Of a stretch of DNA of 64,000 nt, positions 12,958 through 25,800 are shown piece after piece. The DNA is from Macrostomum lignano. Its lineage: Eukaryota. Location of the stretch: the NCBI GenBank assembly GCA_002269645.1, contig NIVC01002352.1, positions 62,001-126,000 on the forward strand, read 5' to 3'. Both the position numbers and the translations under genes were made by a program. The notes below the pieces were generated by a model. The model did no database searches, had not been told where the DNA came from, and saw nothing but the letters and a program-made list of their open reading frames with translations. Within the stretch, counting starts at the first letter, position 1, and the number at the start of each line of letters is the position of its first letter.

Positions 12958-13735
12958 AGTGTCTGACAGTGTCTGAAGAGAGTCTGACAATGTCTGAAGA
13001 GAGTCTGACAATGTCTGAAGAGAGTCTGACAGTGTCTGAAGAGAGTCTGACAATGTCTGAAGAGAGTCTGACAATGTCTGAAGAGAGTCTGACAGTGTCT
13101 GAAGAGAGTCTGACAATGTCTGAAGAGAGTCTGACAATGTCTGAAGAGAGTCTGACGCAGTGTCTGAAGAGAGTCTGACGCAGTGTCTGAAGAGAGTCTG
13201 ACGCAGTGTCTGAAGAGAGTCTGACACAGTGTCTAAGGAGAGTCTGACACAGTGTCTGAGGAGAGTCTGACAATGTCTGAAGAGAGTCTGACGCAGTGTC
13301 TGAGGAGAGTCTGACGCAGTGTCTGAAGAGAGTCTGACGCAGTGTCTGAAGAGAGTCTGACGCAGTGTCTGAAGAGAGTCTGACGCAGTGTCTGAAGAGA
13401 GTCTGACACAGTGTCTAAGGAGAGTCTGACACAGTGTCTGAGGAGAGTCTGACAATGTCTGAAGAGAGTCTGACGCAGTGTCTGAGGAGAGTCTGACGCA
13501 GTGTCTGAAGAGAGTCTGACGCAGTGTCTAAGGAGAGTCTGACACAGTGTCTGAGGAGAGTCTGACAATGTCTGAAGAGAGTCTGACGCAGTGTCTGAAG
13601 AGAGTCTGACACAGTGTCTGAGGAGAGTCTGACAATGTCTGAAGAGAGTCTGACACAGTGTCTGAGGAGAGTCCTACAGTGTCTGAGGAGACTCAGACTG
13701 TCTGAAGAGATTCTGACACAGTGTCTGAAGAGAGT
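12958..13735. repeat. 21/23-bp minisatellite GTCTGAAGAGAGTCTGAC(AAT/GCAGT) just after the HS3ST stop
   Basis: Direct inspection. Confidence 0.95.
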
Positions 13736-14599
13736 CGGATACAGACAACAGAATGGCTGACAGAGGCGGAAGAGAGTCTGACGCAGGTAAAGGAGAGCTG
13801 ACGCAGACAAAGCAGAGTTTGACAGTGGTGTAAGACGCAGACACAGTGGGAAGAAAGTTTGCTTAACACAGAGCAGTATGTGCTAATAGCGTGTTATTAA
13901 TGTTTCATTCATGTGTTATAAAGTGATATTAATGTGTTCGCTTATTTTCCTAATTGAGCCATAATTATATGAAGAACCGATGCACCTATTTCGAAAGACC
14001 GTAAGACATATTTTTCATATCATTAAAATCCTATTGCCGAGCACTAAACCACTGAAAAACGATGAGTCACAGCCGTCCTTCATTTCAAAAGCTCACAACG
14101 ATTTCTGGACGAAAATTCACGCTCTCAACAGCTGATCATTTATATTGTTTTATTGACAGCGACACAGTCACTTTTCTGATCGTGCGGCGTGCAGAACCCA
14201 AAAAGGGAAGTCAAGTGAAGTCACGGTGTGCCAGCTACAAAGACACGGCTAGGGTAGACAGACAAAATTTGGGGTGACGTCATTGCTAATTATAGCCTAC
14301 AGCGCTATAACCGACAGGACTAAGTAAAAAAACCTGCACTACTACTGCGCATGAGTAGAACTGGACGATTGAACTGTTGAAACACAACGGGGAAATATTT
14401 AATTGTCTGCCAGATAAAAGGGACTTTAAGGCAAGGACTTCTAGATATAGGGCCAATGGACTGGAAGCCAGAATCTGGTGCTGAATTTTGAATTCGTAAG
14501 CGTTTTTACCAAACCCCCTTTCCAGTCCACCGGTTCTATCGCTAGGAGTACCTGGAGTCCAAGGGGTCAGTTGCCCCCCCTCCTTGTCCCGTCCTGGCC

Positions 14600-14800
14600 C
14601 TACAGCACCGAGCAGCCGCCCTTCTCTTGGAACGGATTGTCCTTCTTGGACTGGAAACCGGACACCAGGCAGTCCTTGTCCTTGTTGCTGTCCATGAACT
14701 GGATCATGTCCTTGACGCACTCGGAAACCGGCTTCCGGGCCATGCTGGCCTCGGCCCGCAGCTGCTCAACAATCTTCTTCTGCTGGGCGATGGACGACAT
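14600..14800 (-). CDS. GNG: Heterotrimeric G-protein gamma subunit, 66 aa
   Basis: MSSIAQQKKIVEQLRAEASMARKPVSEC...KDCLV...NPFQEKGGCSVL*. It has the GGL-domain pattern, the NPF motif and a C-terminal CAAX (CSVL). An acceptor-like ...CTCGACAG lies just upstream of the ATG, suggesting a 5'UTR intron. AATAAA on the minus strand at about 14148-14153. Confidence 0.96.
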   Translation of the reverse strand: MSSIAQQKKIVEQLRAEASMARKPVSECVKDMIQFMDSNKDKDCLVSGFQSKKDNPFQEKGGCSVL

Positions 14801-16839
14801 TTTCGGCCGAACTGTCGAGAAGGGTTGGGTGGGGGGATATTGGATTTTTGATTGACAGCTGCGCCAATGCTGCTACTGACAGTAGGCTAGTCTGGAATGT
14901 AACGCAGAAATCGGTAGATGCCAGTCAGCCCTTTCACTGCTCTCCCTGCTTGACTGCTAGAGGCTGTGGCAGCAGGGGGTTCAGCTGCAGAAACACTGAT
15001 TCAGCAGCGAGGCCGAGTAGACAGCGAGGCCGAATGCTCAAACTCAGGTTCTAAGATTCCGGACAGCAATGCTCAGTTTGCTACTGAAGATTCCTATATT
15101 CAATTGCAAACTATTTCAACACCGAATTCCTAAGTATGAACTTATTCCGGTTTATAAAACTTCATCGAATTTATTTTCCAGAGAAGCTTGTCTCACCTTT
15201 ATTTAGAGCTGGTTCGAGATTCCTTCTGCTTGGCTTCGTCTGTTGAGCTGGATTTCCCCTCGGTGAGAGATTGCTGGGAGCAGAAGAGACAGCCGTCGGC
15301 TTTTAGTGACTTCGCCGTTTCCCGGCCTCCCTTCTTCCCTCTTCTCCCCCTCCCTGTTGTGACGCAGCCTCTCCTACCCCCCCCCCACTCTGTACAGCCC
15401 GCCTCAACGCCCCTTCTCCCCTCGAGTTTTGAAGAAAGAAGCCTTCCTCAATTCCTTCTCCCAAGCCCCTGGGTGTACATCTCCAGAGTACAGGGGCCAG
15501 AGGGGGCCTCGGACGCAGTCCGGGACGTTTAATAACCGATCCTCTGGATTGGAAAGCCATTATTACAGCTTCCGCTCACATCCAGTCCAGTCATTATCTA
15601 TTAGATGTCCTTGCTCGAAAGCTTTCTCGTCCTCAAGGCACAGCCAGTGCAAACCCTCTCCCTCCATCCCGGAAGCCTGACCCCCAATCACCCCAATGAT
15701 CCTCCAGTCAAGGGACTCGGGCAAGGAGTGAAGATGAGTACAGACAGTCTTCTCAACTCCGCTTTCTTCATAGGCAAGAGCTGGGGGAAAGAATCCCTGC
15801 TTCGGACGTTCGGCAGAGGACTTCCACGCTGTCTTTCCTTTCCTCGCTTTTTTGTCTGGCCTGCTCGAGCTCTGAGCAGTTCGAATCCTTCTGCAACTGA
15901 CCTGATCAGCTTTTCTTCCCCAAGCCTGTGCACTCTGCTGTTATAAAAGCTCTGAAGTAGATTTGCAGGAAGCACACGCGCCCTGCACTACTGACAGTAA
16001 CTGAACTAGACATGAATAAATAATCATTTCAGCGTTTTTTATTCTGACGTCAATACTTCGGATATTTCGCCTCCCAAATCTCTCACGATATCTATATCTA
16101 ATCTCCCTGTATCTCAGATCTCCAGGGAGCTCAATATCTAATCTCCCTATGTTTGAAATCCCCAGTGAGATCTATATCTAATCTACGTATGTGTCAAATC
16201 TCCAGTGAGCTCAATATCTAATCTCTCTATGTCTCAAATCTCCAGTGAGATCTGTATCTAATCTCCAGTGAGATCTATAGCAAATATTTAACAAAAGCTC
16301 TATGTAATATTTCATTGCTCAATGGTGCTAATAATTAATCAAGGGTGCAAAGCATCAGTGGACAAAGCATTGTATTCATAAGATCTGCAATCAAAGGCAC
16401 CCAGAGCTCCACAAGTATTCCGAGCGCATGCTTAATTTGCATAATTTCACCGCATCAGCTGATTGGGTAGCTGCGTACGCATTTCCAGCGCTGCTATAGG
16501 CAAATTCCTCCAATGGGAAGGCTGGGACAGAATTCCCACAAATAATTTTAAATATATCTGGCTTCGGGCAGTGAGCTCCAGGTTTTCTGAGGATCCCCAC
16601 ATTATTAATCCCAGCCATTGCTCAGGGGACACAGCGGGTGAAATCCCAACCAAACTCCAACGATGAGTTGCCGAACTCAAAAGCCAGCCGATCAATTTTA
16701 ATCCCTAGCTTTGCCTGACTTTGTCTGCAAGTGCAGAGTGACTGAGACTGCGGATGCTCAGATGACAGCCCTCGGCCTGCTCGGTAAGCAGAAATATTGC
16801 AGAGTTTCTCAACTTTCAGTTTTACACACTGAGCCACAG

Positions 16840-19800
16840 ATCTGTTTAACCTCCTCAACAGTTGTTGCGCTGCTGTCGGTTGCCATGGCAACAGTGCAGG
16901 AGGCCGCCATCAGCGGTGAGTTTTCTACAAGTATCCAACCAAGGGGTCGCCATCATAAACCCGAAATATAACAAACCCGAAATATCACAAACCCGAAATA
17001 TCACAAACCCGAAATATCACAAACCCGAAATATCACAAACCCGAAATATCACAAACCCGAAATATCACAAACCCGAAATATCACAAACCCGAAATATCAC
17101 AAACCCGAAATATCACAAACCCGAAATATCACAAACCCGAAATATCACAAACCCGAAATATCACAAACCCGAAATATCACAAACCCGAAATATCACAAAC
17201 CAGAAATATCACAAACCCGAAATATCACAAACCCGAAATATCACAAACCCGAAATATCACAAACCAGAAATATCACAAACCCGAAATATCACAAACCCGA
17301 AATATCACAAACCCGAAATATCACAAACCCGAAATATCACAAACCCGAAATATCACAAACCTGAAATATCACAAACCTGAAATATCACAAACCCGAAATA
17401 TCACAAACCCGAAATATCACAAACTCGAAATATCACAAACCAGAAATATCACAAACTCGAAATATCACAAACTCGAAATATCACAAACTCGAAATATCAC
17501 AAACCCGAAATATCACAAACCCGAAATATCACAAACCCGAAATATCACAAACCCGAAATATCACAACTCCGAAAACCAAAATAGTGTTGGACATTGCTAA
17601 AACTTTCGGAGTTGTGATTTTTCGGGTTTGTGATGCCCCCCCCACCGAAGCCTCGTGAAGCGACTCGAAAAAAATGAATCAAGCAATTAATTTCCGTCTA
17701 ATAGAAGACAAATATCCTGCCGCAGGAGTCCTGCCGCAGCAGCCGCAGGTCTGCACAGAGTTCATTGGCAGCCAGGGCTGGCGCGATGACTCCTTCTGCT
17801 TCACCAGCCCCTTCTATCCGGCACAATATCCCAACAACACCGACTGCATCAAGGTCATCCAAGGTCAGTCGCGACATTGTTGAACTAATTCGATTTTAAG
17901 TTTAATCCCAAGTGGCAGCCTAATTACTATCGATACATGACCCGCACAGATATGACTCCCATGAGTAGCCTGGTAGCTTATCCTTACAACAGCTCTAATT
18001 AAGCACCTAATGACCCCATAATGACCCAATGACCCCATAATGACCCAATGACCCCATAATGACCCCATAATGACCCGATGATGACCCCATAATGACCCAT
18101 AATGACCCCATAATGACCCCATAATGACCCCATAATGGCACCCATAAAAACACCCATAATAACATCCATAATGATACTCATAATGACCCCACAATAACCC
18201 CATAAAGACCCCATAATGACCCCATAATGCCCCCATTAAGACTCCACGATGACCCTATAATGACACTCATAATAACACCCACAATGACAACTCACAATGA
18301 CCCCATGATTACATTATAATTACCCTATAATAACACTTTTAATGACACTCACAATGACCCCCTAATGACCCCCTACTGACCCCCTCAGCAACCATGCTAC
18401 TGACCCCCTTAAGCGTCCTCCTAACGAATCCCCGAACGTCTCGCACAGGCTGGGTGGGGCAGCGCATTGAGCTGGACTTCAAACTGTCCAACTTCCTAAT
18501 CGAGCGGAGCAGCGAATGCCTCAACGACTATCTGGAAATCCGGGATGGCCCGTTCGGCTATTCGCCGCCGCTTAGGGGCCTGCCGGATGGCAACGACGGC
18601 CGGCTGTGCGGCGAGTGGCCGCCGACCCGACACGGGCGCGCCTCACCTGACCGGCTGCTCCGCTCGTCAGGCCGCTTCCTGTGGCTGCGCTTCCGCTCCG
18701 ACGAGGTCATCAGGCACCGGGGCCTGCGGCTGGTGTACCGGTTCGTGTCTGCGGCACAGCTGAGGGCCCCGACGGCTGCGGCGGCTGACAGTGAGAGGCT
18801 GGCTGTGGTCTAGCTGGGGGTGCTGTGGTCTAGCTGGGGGTGCTGTGGTCTAGCTGGGGGTGCTGTGGTCTAGCTGGGGGTGCTGTGGTCTAGCTGGGGG
18901 TGCTGTGGTCTAGCTGGGGTGCTGTGGTCTAGCTGGGGGTGCTGTGGTCTAGCTGGGGGTGCTGTGGTCTAGCTGGGGGTGCTGTGGTCTAGCTGGGGTG
19001 CTGTGGTCTAGCTGGGGGTGCTGTGGTCTAGCTATGGGTGCTATGGTCTAGCTGGGGGTGCTGTGGTCTAGCTGGGGGTGCTGTGGTCTAGCTGGGGGTG
19101 CTGTGGTCTAGCTGGGGGTGCTGTGGTCTAGCTGGGGGTGCTGTGGTCTAGCTGGGGGTGCTGTGGTCTAGCTGGGGGTGCTGTGGTCTAGCTGGGGGTG
19201 CTGTGGTCTAGCTGGGGGTGCTGTGGTCTAGCTGGGGGTGCTGTGGTCTAGCTGGGGGTGCTGTGGTCTAGCTGGGGGTGCTGTGGTCGAGCTGTGGTGC
19301 AGATCTAGCTGAGTGTAAGTGCAGATCTAGCTGAGTGTAAGTGCAGATCTAGCTGAGTGTAAGTGCAGATCTAGCTGAGTGTAAGTGCAGATCTAGCTGA
19401 GTGTAAGTGCAGATCTAGCTGAGTGTAAGTGCAGATCTAGCTGAGTGTAAGTGCAGATCTAGCTGAGTGTAAGTGCAGATCTAGCTGAGTGTAAGTGCAG
19501 ATCTAGCTGAGTGTAAGTGCAGATCTAGCTGAGTGTAAGTGCAGATCTAGCTGAGTGTAAGTGCAGATCTAGCTGAGTGTAAGTGCAGATCTAGCTGAGT
19601 GTAAGTGCAGATCTAGCTGAGTGTAAGTGCAGATCTAGCTGAGTGTAAGTGCAGATCTAGCTGAGTGTAAGTGCAGATCTAGCTGAGTGTAAGTGCAGAT
19701 CTAGCTGAGTGTAAGTGCAGATCTAGCTGAGACGGGCAGTGGTCCTTGCTACGGCAATTACACGCCAATCAGGGGGGGGTAACCTTCTCCACCCGTGGAG

Positions 19801-22800
19801 TTTCCTCGCCCTCGGCAATGGCAGCTCAGTTCCCGGGCAGCCGCAGCCCCTCTCCCCGTTTGAGCTCCTCCCAGCAGTGCGGAGGCGTTCGCAGGCAATT
19901 CGGCAAACCACCTGCTGCTCAAGCCACGCCGGGACTGCGCGGCAACAATGGGAAGTGTGTTGGGATATCCGATCCGGCTCAGCTGGGAGATATTAAGACT
20001 GTTAGGGGATAAGATAGGCAGATCCCTACTTGAAAGCTTGGAAGATTTGCTGCTGCTCCGCTCTGAGTTAAAAATTGCCCACTGGCAGCGGGGCTCAATT
20101 TCTGCACTTGGCTGGGCGCACGCGCACTTTTGTGTAATGCAGATGTCCTTTATCAAATCAGAGTGGGATCTGAACAGCCAGAATGGGATCTGAACAGCCA
20201 GAATGGGATCTGAACTGTCAGAGTGGGATCTGAACTGCCAGAGTGGGATCTGAACAGTCAGAATGGGATCTGAACTCTCACAGTGGGATCTGAACTGCCA
20301 TAGTGGGATCTGAACTGTCAGAATGGGATCTGAACTGTCAGAGTGGGATCTGAACTCTCACAGTGGGATCTGAACTGCCATAGTGGGATCTGAACTGTCA
20401 GAATGGGATCTGAACTGTCAGAGTGGGATCTGAACTCTCACAGTGGGATCTGAACTGTCAGAGTGGGATCTGAACTGTCACAGTGGGATCTGAACTCTCA
20501 CAGTGGGATCTGAACTGTCAGAGTGGGATCTGAACTGTCAGAGTGGGATCTGAACTGTCACAGTGGGATCTGAACTCTCACAGTGGGATCTGAACTGTCA
20601 GAGTGGGATCTGAACTGTCAGAGTGGGATCTGAACTCTCACAGTGGGATCTGAACTGTCAGAGTGGGATCTGAACTGTCAGAGTGGGATCTGAACTGTCA
20701 GAGTGGGATCTGAACAGCCAGAATGGGATCTGAACAGCCTGAATGGGATCTGAACTCTCAGAGTGGGATCTGAACTGTCAGAGTGGGATCTGAACAGCCA
20801 GAATGGGATCTGAACAGCCTGAATGGGATCTGAACTCTCAGAATGGGATCTGAACTGTCAGAGTGGGATCTGAACTGTCAGAATGGGATCTGAACTCTCA
20901 CAGTGGGATCTGAACTGTCAGAGTGGGATCTGAACTGTCACAGTGGGATCTGAACTCTCACAGTGGGATCTGAACTGTCAGAGTGGGATCTGAACTGTCA
21001 GAGTGGGATCTGAACTGTCAGAGTGGGATCTGAACAGCCAGAATGGGATCTGAACAGCCTGAATGGGATCTGAACAGCCTGAATGGGATCTGAACAGCCA
21101 GAATGGGATCTGAACAGCCAGAATGGAATGCTAGCAATCTAAATGGGATTTTAACAATGGAAAAATTGAAAAACAAACTGAAAGGAATCTCGCGCATCCT
21201 CCACAGAGTGCCAGCTGAGGTACAGAATTCACTCGGGCAGGCAGCAGCTGCTCACCAGCAAGCAGTTCGGGTCAATTCTGGCACCCAGCGCCCAGAAGGA
21301 CGCTGCGGTCGAGTGCACTGCGGATTTTTCGGCTCTGCGTGAGGACACCAAGGTGAGATGAGAGTCTTGCTTATGAGGTTCTGTTCTCATGCAGTCTTGC
21401 TCATGAGGTTCTGTTCTCATGCAATCTTGTTCATGAGGTTCTGTTCTCATGCAGTCTTGCTCATGAGGTTCTGTTCTCATGCAGTCTTGCTCATGAGGTT
21501 CTGTTCTCATGCAGTCTTGCTCATGAGGTTCTGTTCTCATGTAGTCTTGCTCATGAGGTTCTGTTCTCATGCAGTCTTGCTCATCAGGTTCTGTTACCTG
21601 GGATCATTTTTTCAATTTATGGCTACAATCTCATTCAATGCTCTCATCATACAGTCGTGCGTTTTCGCCTTCAGCTGCTGGTTTCCATAGCAACCGCGCA
21701 GTTCCTTCGCGAAGGCCAGTGCCACGCCAACTCGATCTCCGTGTACGACGGCTTCACAGCGGCCGACAGGCAGCGCAAGGACTTCCAGCCCGTGTGCGAC
21801 AATCTGGCTGACTGGACTCTCATGGCTGCCACTCGGCGCCTGGTTGTGCGGCTGACTGCCAAGAATCTGGAACACCTGCCCCTGCTGCAGCTGGCCGTCA
21901 CGGCTGTGCGGATCGGTGAGCTTGAGGATTGGGAATTTGAATTGGGGATTGGGCAATTGGAAATGGGATTGGGGAATTGGAAATGGGATTGGGGAATTGG
22001 AAATGGGATTGGGGAATTGGAAATGGGATTGGGGAATTGGAAATGGGATTGGGGAATTGGAAATGGGATTGGGGAATTGGAAATGGGATTGGGGAATCGG
22101 AAATTGGGATTGAGGAATTAGAAATGGGAATTGGGGAATTAGAATTGGGGATTGGGAATCGGAAATTGGGATTGAGGAATTAGAAATGGGAAGTGGGGAA
22201 TTTGAAATGGAGATGGGGAACTGGAAATTGGGATTAGGAAATTGGAAATTGGGATTGGGGAATTATAAATGGGATTAGGGAATTGGAAATTGGGATTGGG
22301 AAATTATAAATGGAATTGGGGAATCGGAAATTGGGATTGATGAATTATAAATGGGAATTGGAAATATGTATTGAGGGATTAGAATGGGAATCGGGGAATC
22401 GGAAAGGGGATTTGGCAGTTAGAAATTGGAATTGGGGAATTGGAAATGGGGGTTTGGGAATTGGAAATTGGAATTGGGGAATTGGAAATGGGGGTTTGGG
22501 AATTAGAAATGGGTATCGGATAATCGGAAACGGGGATTAGAGGCAAGCTGAAAAGGGGAATCGAAAAGGGAGAATGAAAAATCAGGAGATAGAAACGGGG
22601 AAGTGAAAATGTTGACATTTACAATCAACAATTAAAACTTACAAACCCGGCTATCGGCCGCCGCATCAGCTGGCCCAGACAAAGCAGCAGACAGTTGGGG
22701 GGGGGGAAGGCTGCCGTCCCCCCCACCACCACCATCAAATTTCCAAGCGGACAGTCCGGCAAAAGAAAGTTCAGTCCAAACCAAACCAAAACTTCACAGC

Positions 22801-25800
22801 CGGCTTCGCGCCACCAGAAAGAAGCCAGGCCTGAACCTCCCCTCCCGGATCCTTCATCGCGTGGATCAATGTTTGGCTCTCTTTGACCAAACCAAAACCT
22901 GCAGCTGTTTACCTTCCATCCCAGGTCCCGGGCTCCCGTGTTAGGATGGGGGGATGCAAGTGCAAACACAAGCCTTTGCGATGTTTAACGAAGTATCTGC
23001 CGGTTGGTTGGCGAGCGCCAGGGTCTTCTGCCTGAATCTTCTGAGTCAACTTTAAATGGCGGGTGCGAAAAACTGAATACAAATCCAATAAATGGTTACT
23101 ATAGGGCAGCTGGCGGCACGAAATTGGATTTTTGTTAAAAATGCATTCCCGTTTAGAATCCGACTGGTTGTGTCACATGTGAAGGAACTTGTGTCACATG
23201 TGAAGGAACTTGTGTCACATGTGAAGGAACTTGTGTCACATGTGAAGGAACTTGTGTCACATGTGAAGGAACTTGTGTCACATGTGAAGGAACTCGTGTC
23301 ACATGTGAAGGAACTCGTGTCACATGTGAAGGAACTCGTGTCACATGTGAAGGAACTTGTGCCACATTTGAAGGGACTTGTGTCACGTGTAAAGGACTTG
23401 TGTCACATGTGAAAAGACTTGTGTCACATGTTAAGGAACTTGTGTCACATGTTAAGGAACTTGTGTCACATGTGAAGGAACTCGTGTCACATGTGAAGGA
23501 ACTCGTGTCACATGTGAAAGGACTTGTGTCACATGTGAAAGGACTTGTGTCACATGTGAAAGGACTTGTGTCACATGTGAAAGGACTTGTGTCACATGTA
23601 AATCGACTTGTGTCACTTGTGAAGGGACTTGTGTCACATGTGAAAGGACTTGTGTCACATGTAAATCGACTTGTGTCACTTGTGAAGGGACTGGAGAATT
23701 GAAGCTACTTGAGGGCTGTTGGCTTCAAGATGTTTGGGGATCAAATGCTCTGAAAGGCAGATGTTTACAGGCCAGTTTAACAGGCACACTTTGCTCCCCC
23801 CCCAGGTCCCTGCCAGTCCGACACGGAATTCGACTGCGGCGCAGGTCGCTGCATCGACTCGAGACTGCGGTGCAACGGCTACGCGAATTGTCCGGACGTC
23901 GAGGACGAAGGAAGCGACTGTCCTGGCCGGGGCGCCGCTGGCGATGCCCGTGAGAGAATTGGCGGGGACATTTTATATTGAATTGCCTTACTGGTTTTTG
24001 AAGGGTCTCTTTTAAAGCGAGTGGCTTTAAGCCAACTTGGGTATTGGGATGGCTGCCGGTTGTAGGATGGGGTGGTGGGGTGGCTGCTGATTGTAGGATG
24101 GGGTGGTGGGGTGTCTGCTGATTGTAGGAAAGGCAGTGGGGTGGCTGCTGATTGTAGGATGGGGTGGTGGGGTGGCTGCTGTTTGGAGGAAGAGGGTGGG
24201 GTGGCCGGAACGAGGGTGGGGTGGCTGGAACGAGGGTGGGGTGGCTGGAACGAGGGTGGGGTGGTTGCTGGTTGGAGGGAGATGTCCCCAATAGAGACGG
24301 GAGAAAGTACGCAAAGACTAAAAGTACGAGGAATTGCTTGAAGTACATCTTAGGCCGGAGTAAAAACGCAGTCAGGGAGAGAATAGTTTTTAATGTCTGT
24401 TAATCGTCTGCTCCAGTTGAACTTTTATTCTCAAACCGTTGAATTTCTGAATTTAATTTCTTAGAAAAATGCATGCTAGACCGAATTTAATTTCTTAGAA
24501 AAATGCATGCTAGACCGAATTTAATTTCTTAGAAAAGTGCATGCTAGACCGAATTTAATTTCTTAGAAAAATGCATGCTAGACCGAATTTAATTTCTTAG
24601 AAAAATGCATGCTAGACCGAATTTAATTTCTTAGAAAAATGCATGCTAGACCGAATTTAATTTCTTAGAAAAGTGCATGCTAGACCGAATTTAATTTCTT
24701 AGAAAAATGCATGCTAGACCGAATTTAATTTCTTAGAAAAATGCATGCTAGACCGAATTTAATTTCTTAGAAAAATGCATGCTAGACCGAATTTAATTTC
24801 TTAGAAAAATGCATGCTAGACCGAATTTAATTTCTTAGAAAAATGCATGCTAGACCGAAGTTAATTTCTTAGAAAAATGCATGCTAGACCGAATTTAATT
24901 TCTTAGAAAAATGCATGTTATACCTTCTCCGATGCCCAGTTCTCTGCTGACCGAATTTATGACAGAAGGCCCAGAGTCCGGCTTGAATATTCTGCTAATG
25001 CGTGGGGACGCTGAGGATGGGAAAAGGCAAAAATGTCTAGAAGATGCCGCAGACTGGTACAGACATTTGTAGCCTTCGTTGGGATTTGGGATTCTGGGCT
25101 TGCGCCGCGTGGGAGCCAAATGGGTTTCACAGCTGAGCTCTAAAAGCCCCACCCGGAGGTCACAATGGGTCACAGAAGCCCTTCAAACAGTATGGAATAA
25201 GATGGGAGCCGGGGTAGCAGATGAGAACATTCTATACAAGAGCGTCGGATGGCCTCTCATAATGTCAGTGTTCATTAAGTTCCAGGACTTTCTCAGATCA
25301 TAGAGTTCCGCTGTAATAGTTGCCGCAAAAGTACAACATGGCGCAGGGAAAGAGTCAAAAAATTCTTGTGCATCTCGGATTGGCTCAGTTCGAAAAATAA
25401 CGGTGCAATAACGAATTTTCGGAGCGATCTGGCATCTACTTGTACTTTTCTATGCCATTCAGGTAGCAGATAATGTCTGGAATTCCAGATACCCTGCATC
25501 TAACCAGCTCAGACATTCTGAGATACCCTGCATCTAACTAGCTCAGACATTCTGAGAAACCCTGCATCTAACCAGCTCAGACATTCTGAGATACCCTGCA
25601 TCTAACCAGCTCAGACATTCTGAGATACCCTGCATCTAACTAGCTCAGACATTCTGAGAAACCCTGCATCTAACCAGCTCAGACATTCTGAGATACCCTG
25701 CATCTAACCAGCTCAGACATTCTGAGATACCCTGCATCTAACCAGCTCAGACATTCTGAGATACCCTGCATCTAACCAGCTCAGACAGTCTGAGATACCC

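Noticed and set aside
15170-16700. Several short ORFs on both strands between the Ggamma and NETO genes
   Set aside because: No motifs and no coherent exon chain.
24920-25480. Possible LINE remnant ([11 protein letters not shown] on plus; LSCETHL on minus)
   Set aside because: The two hints are on opposite strands, short and interrupted by stops. It needs tBLASTx against Repbase.
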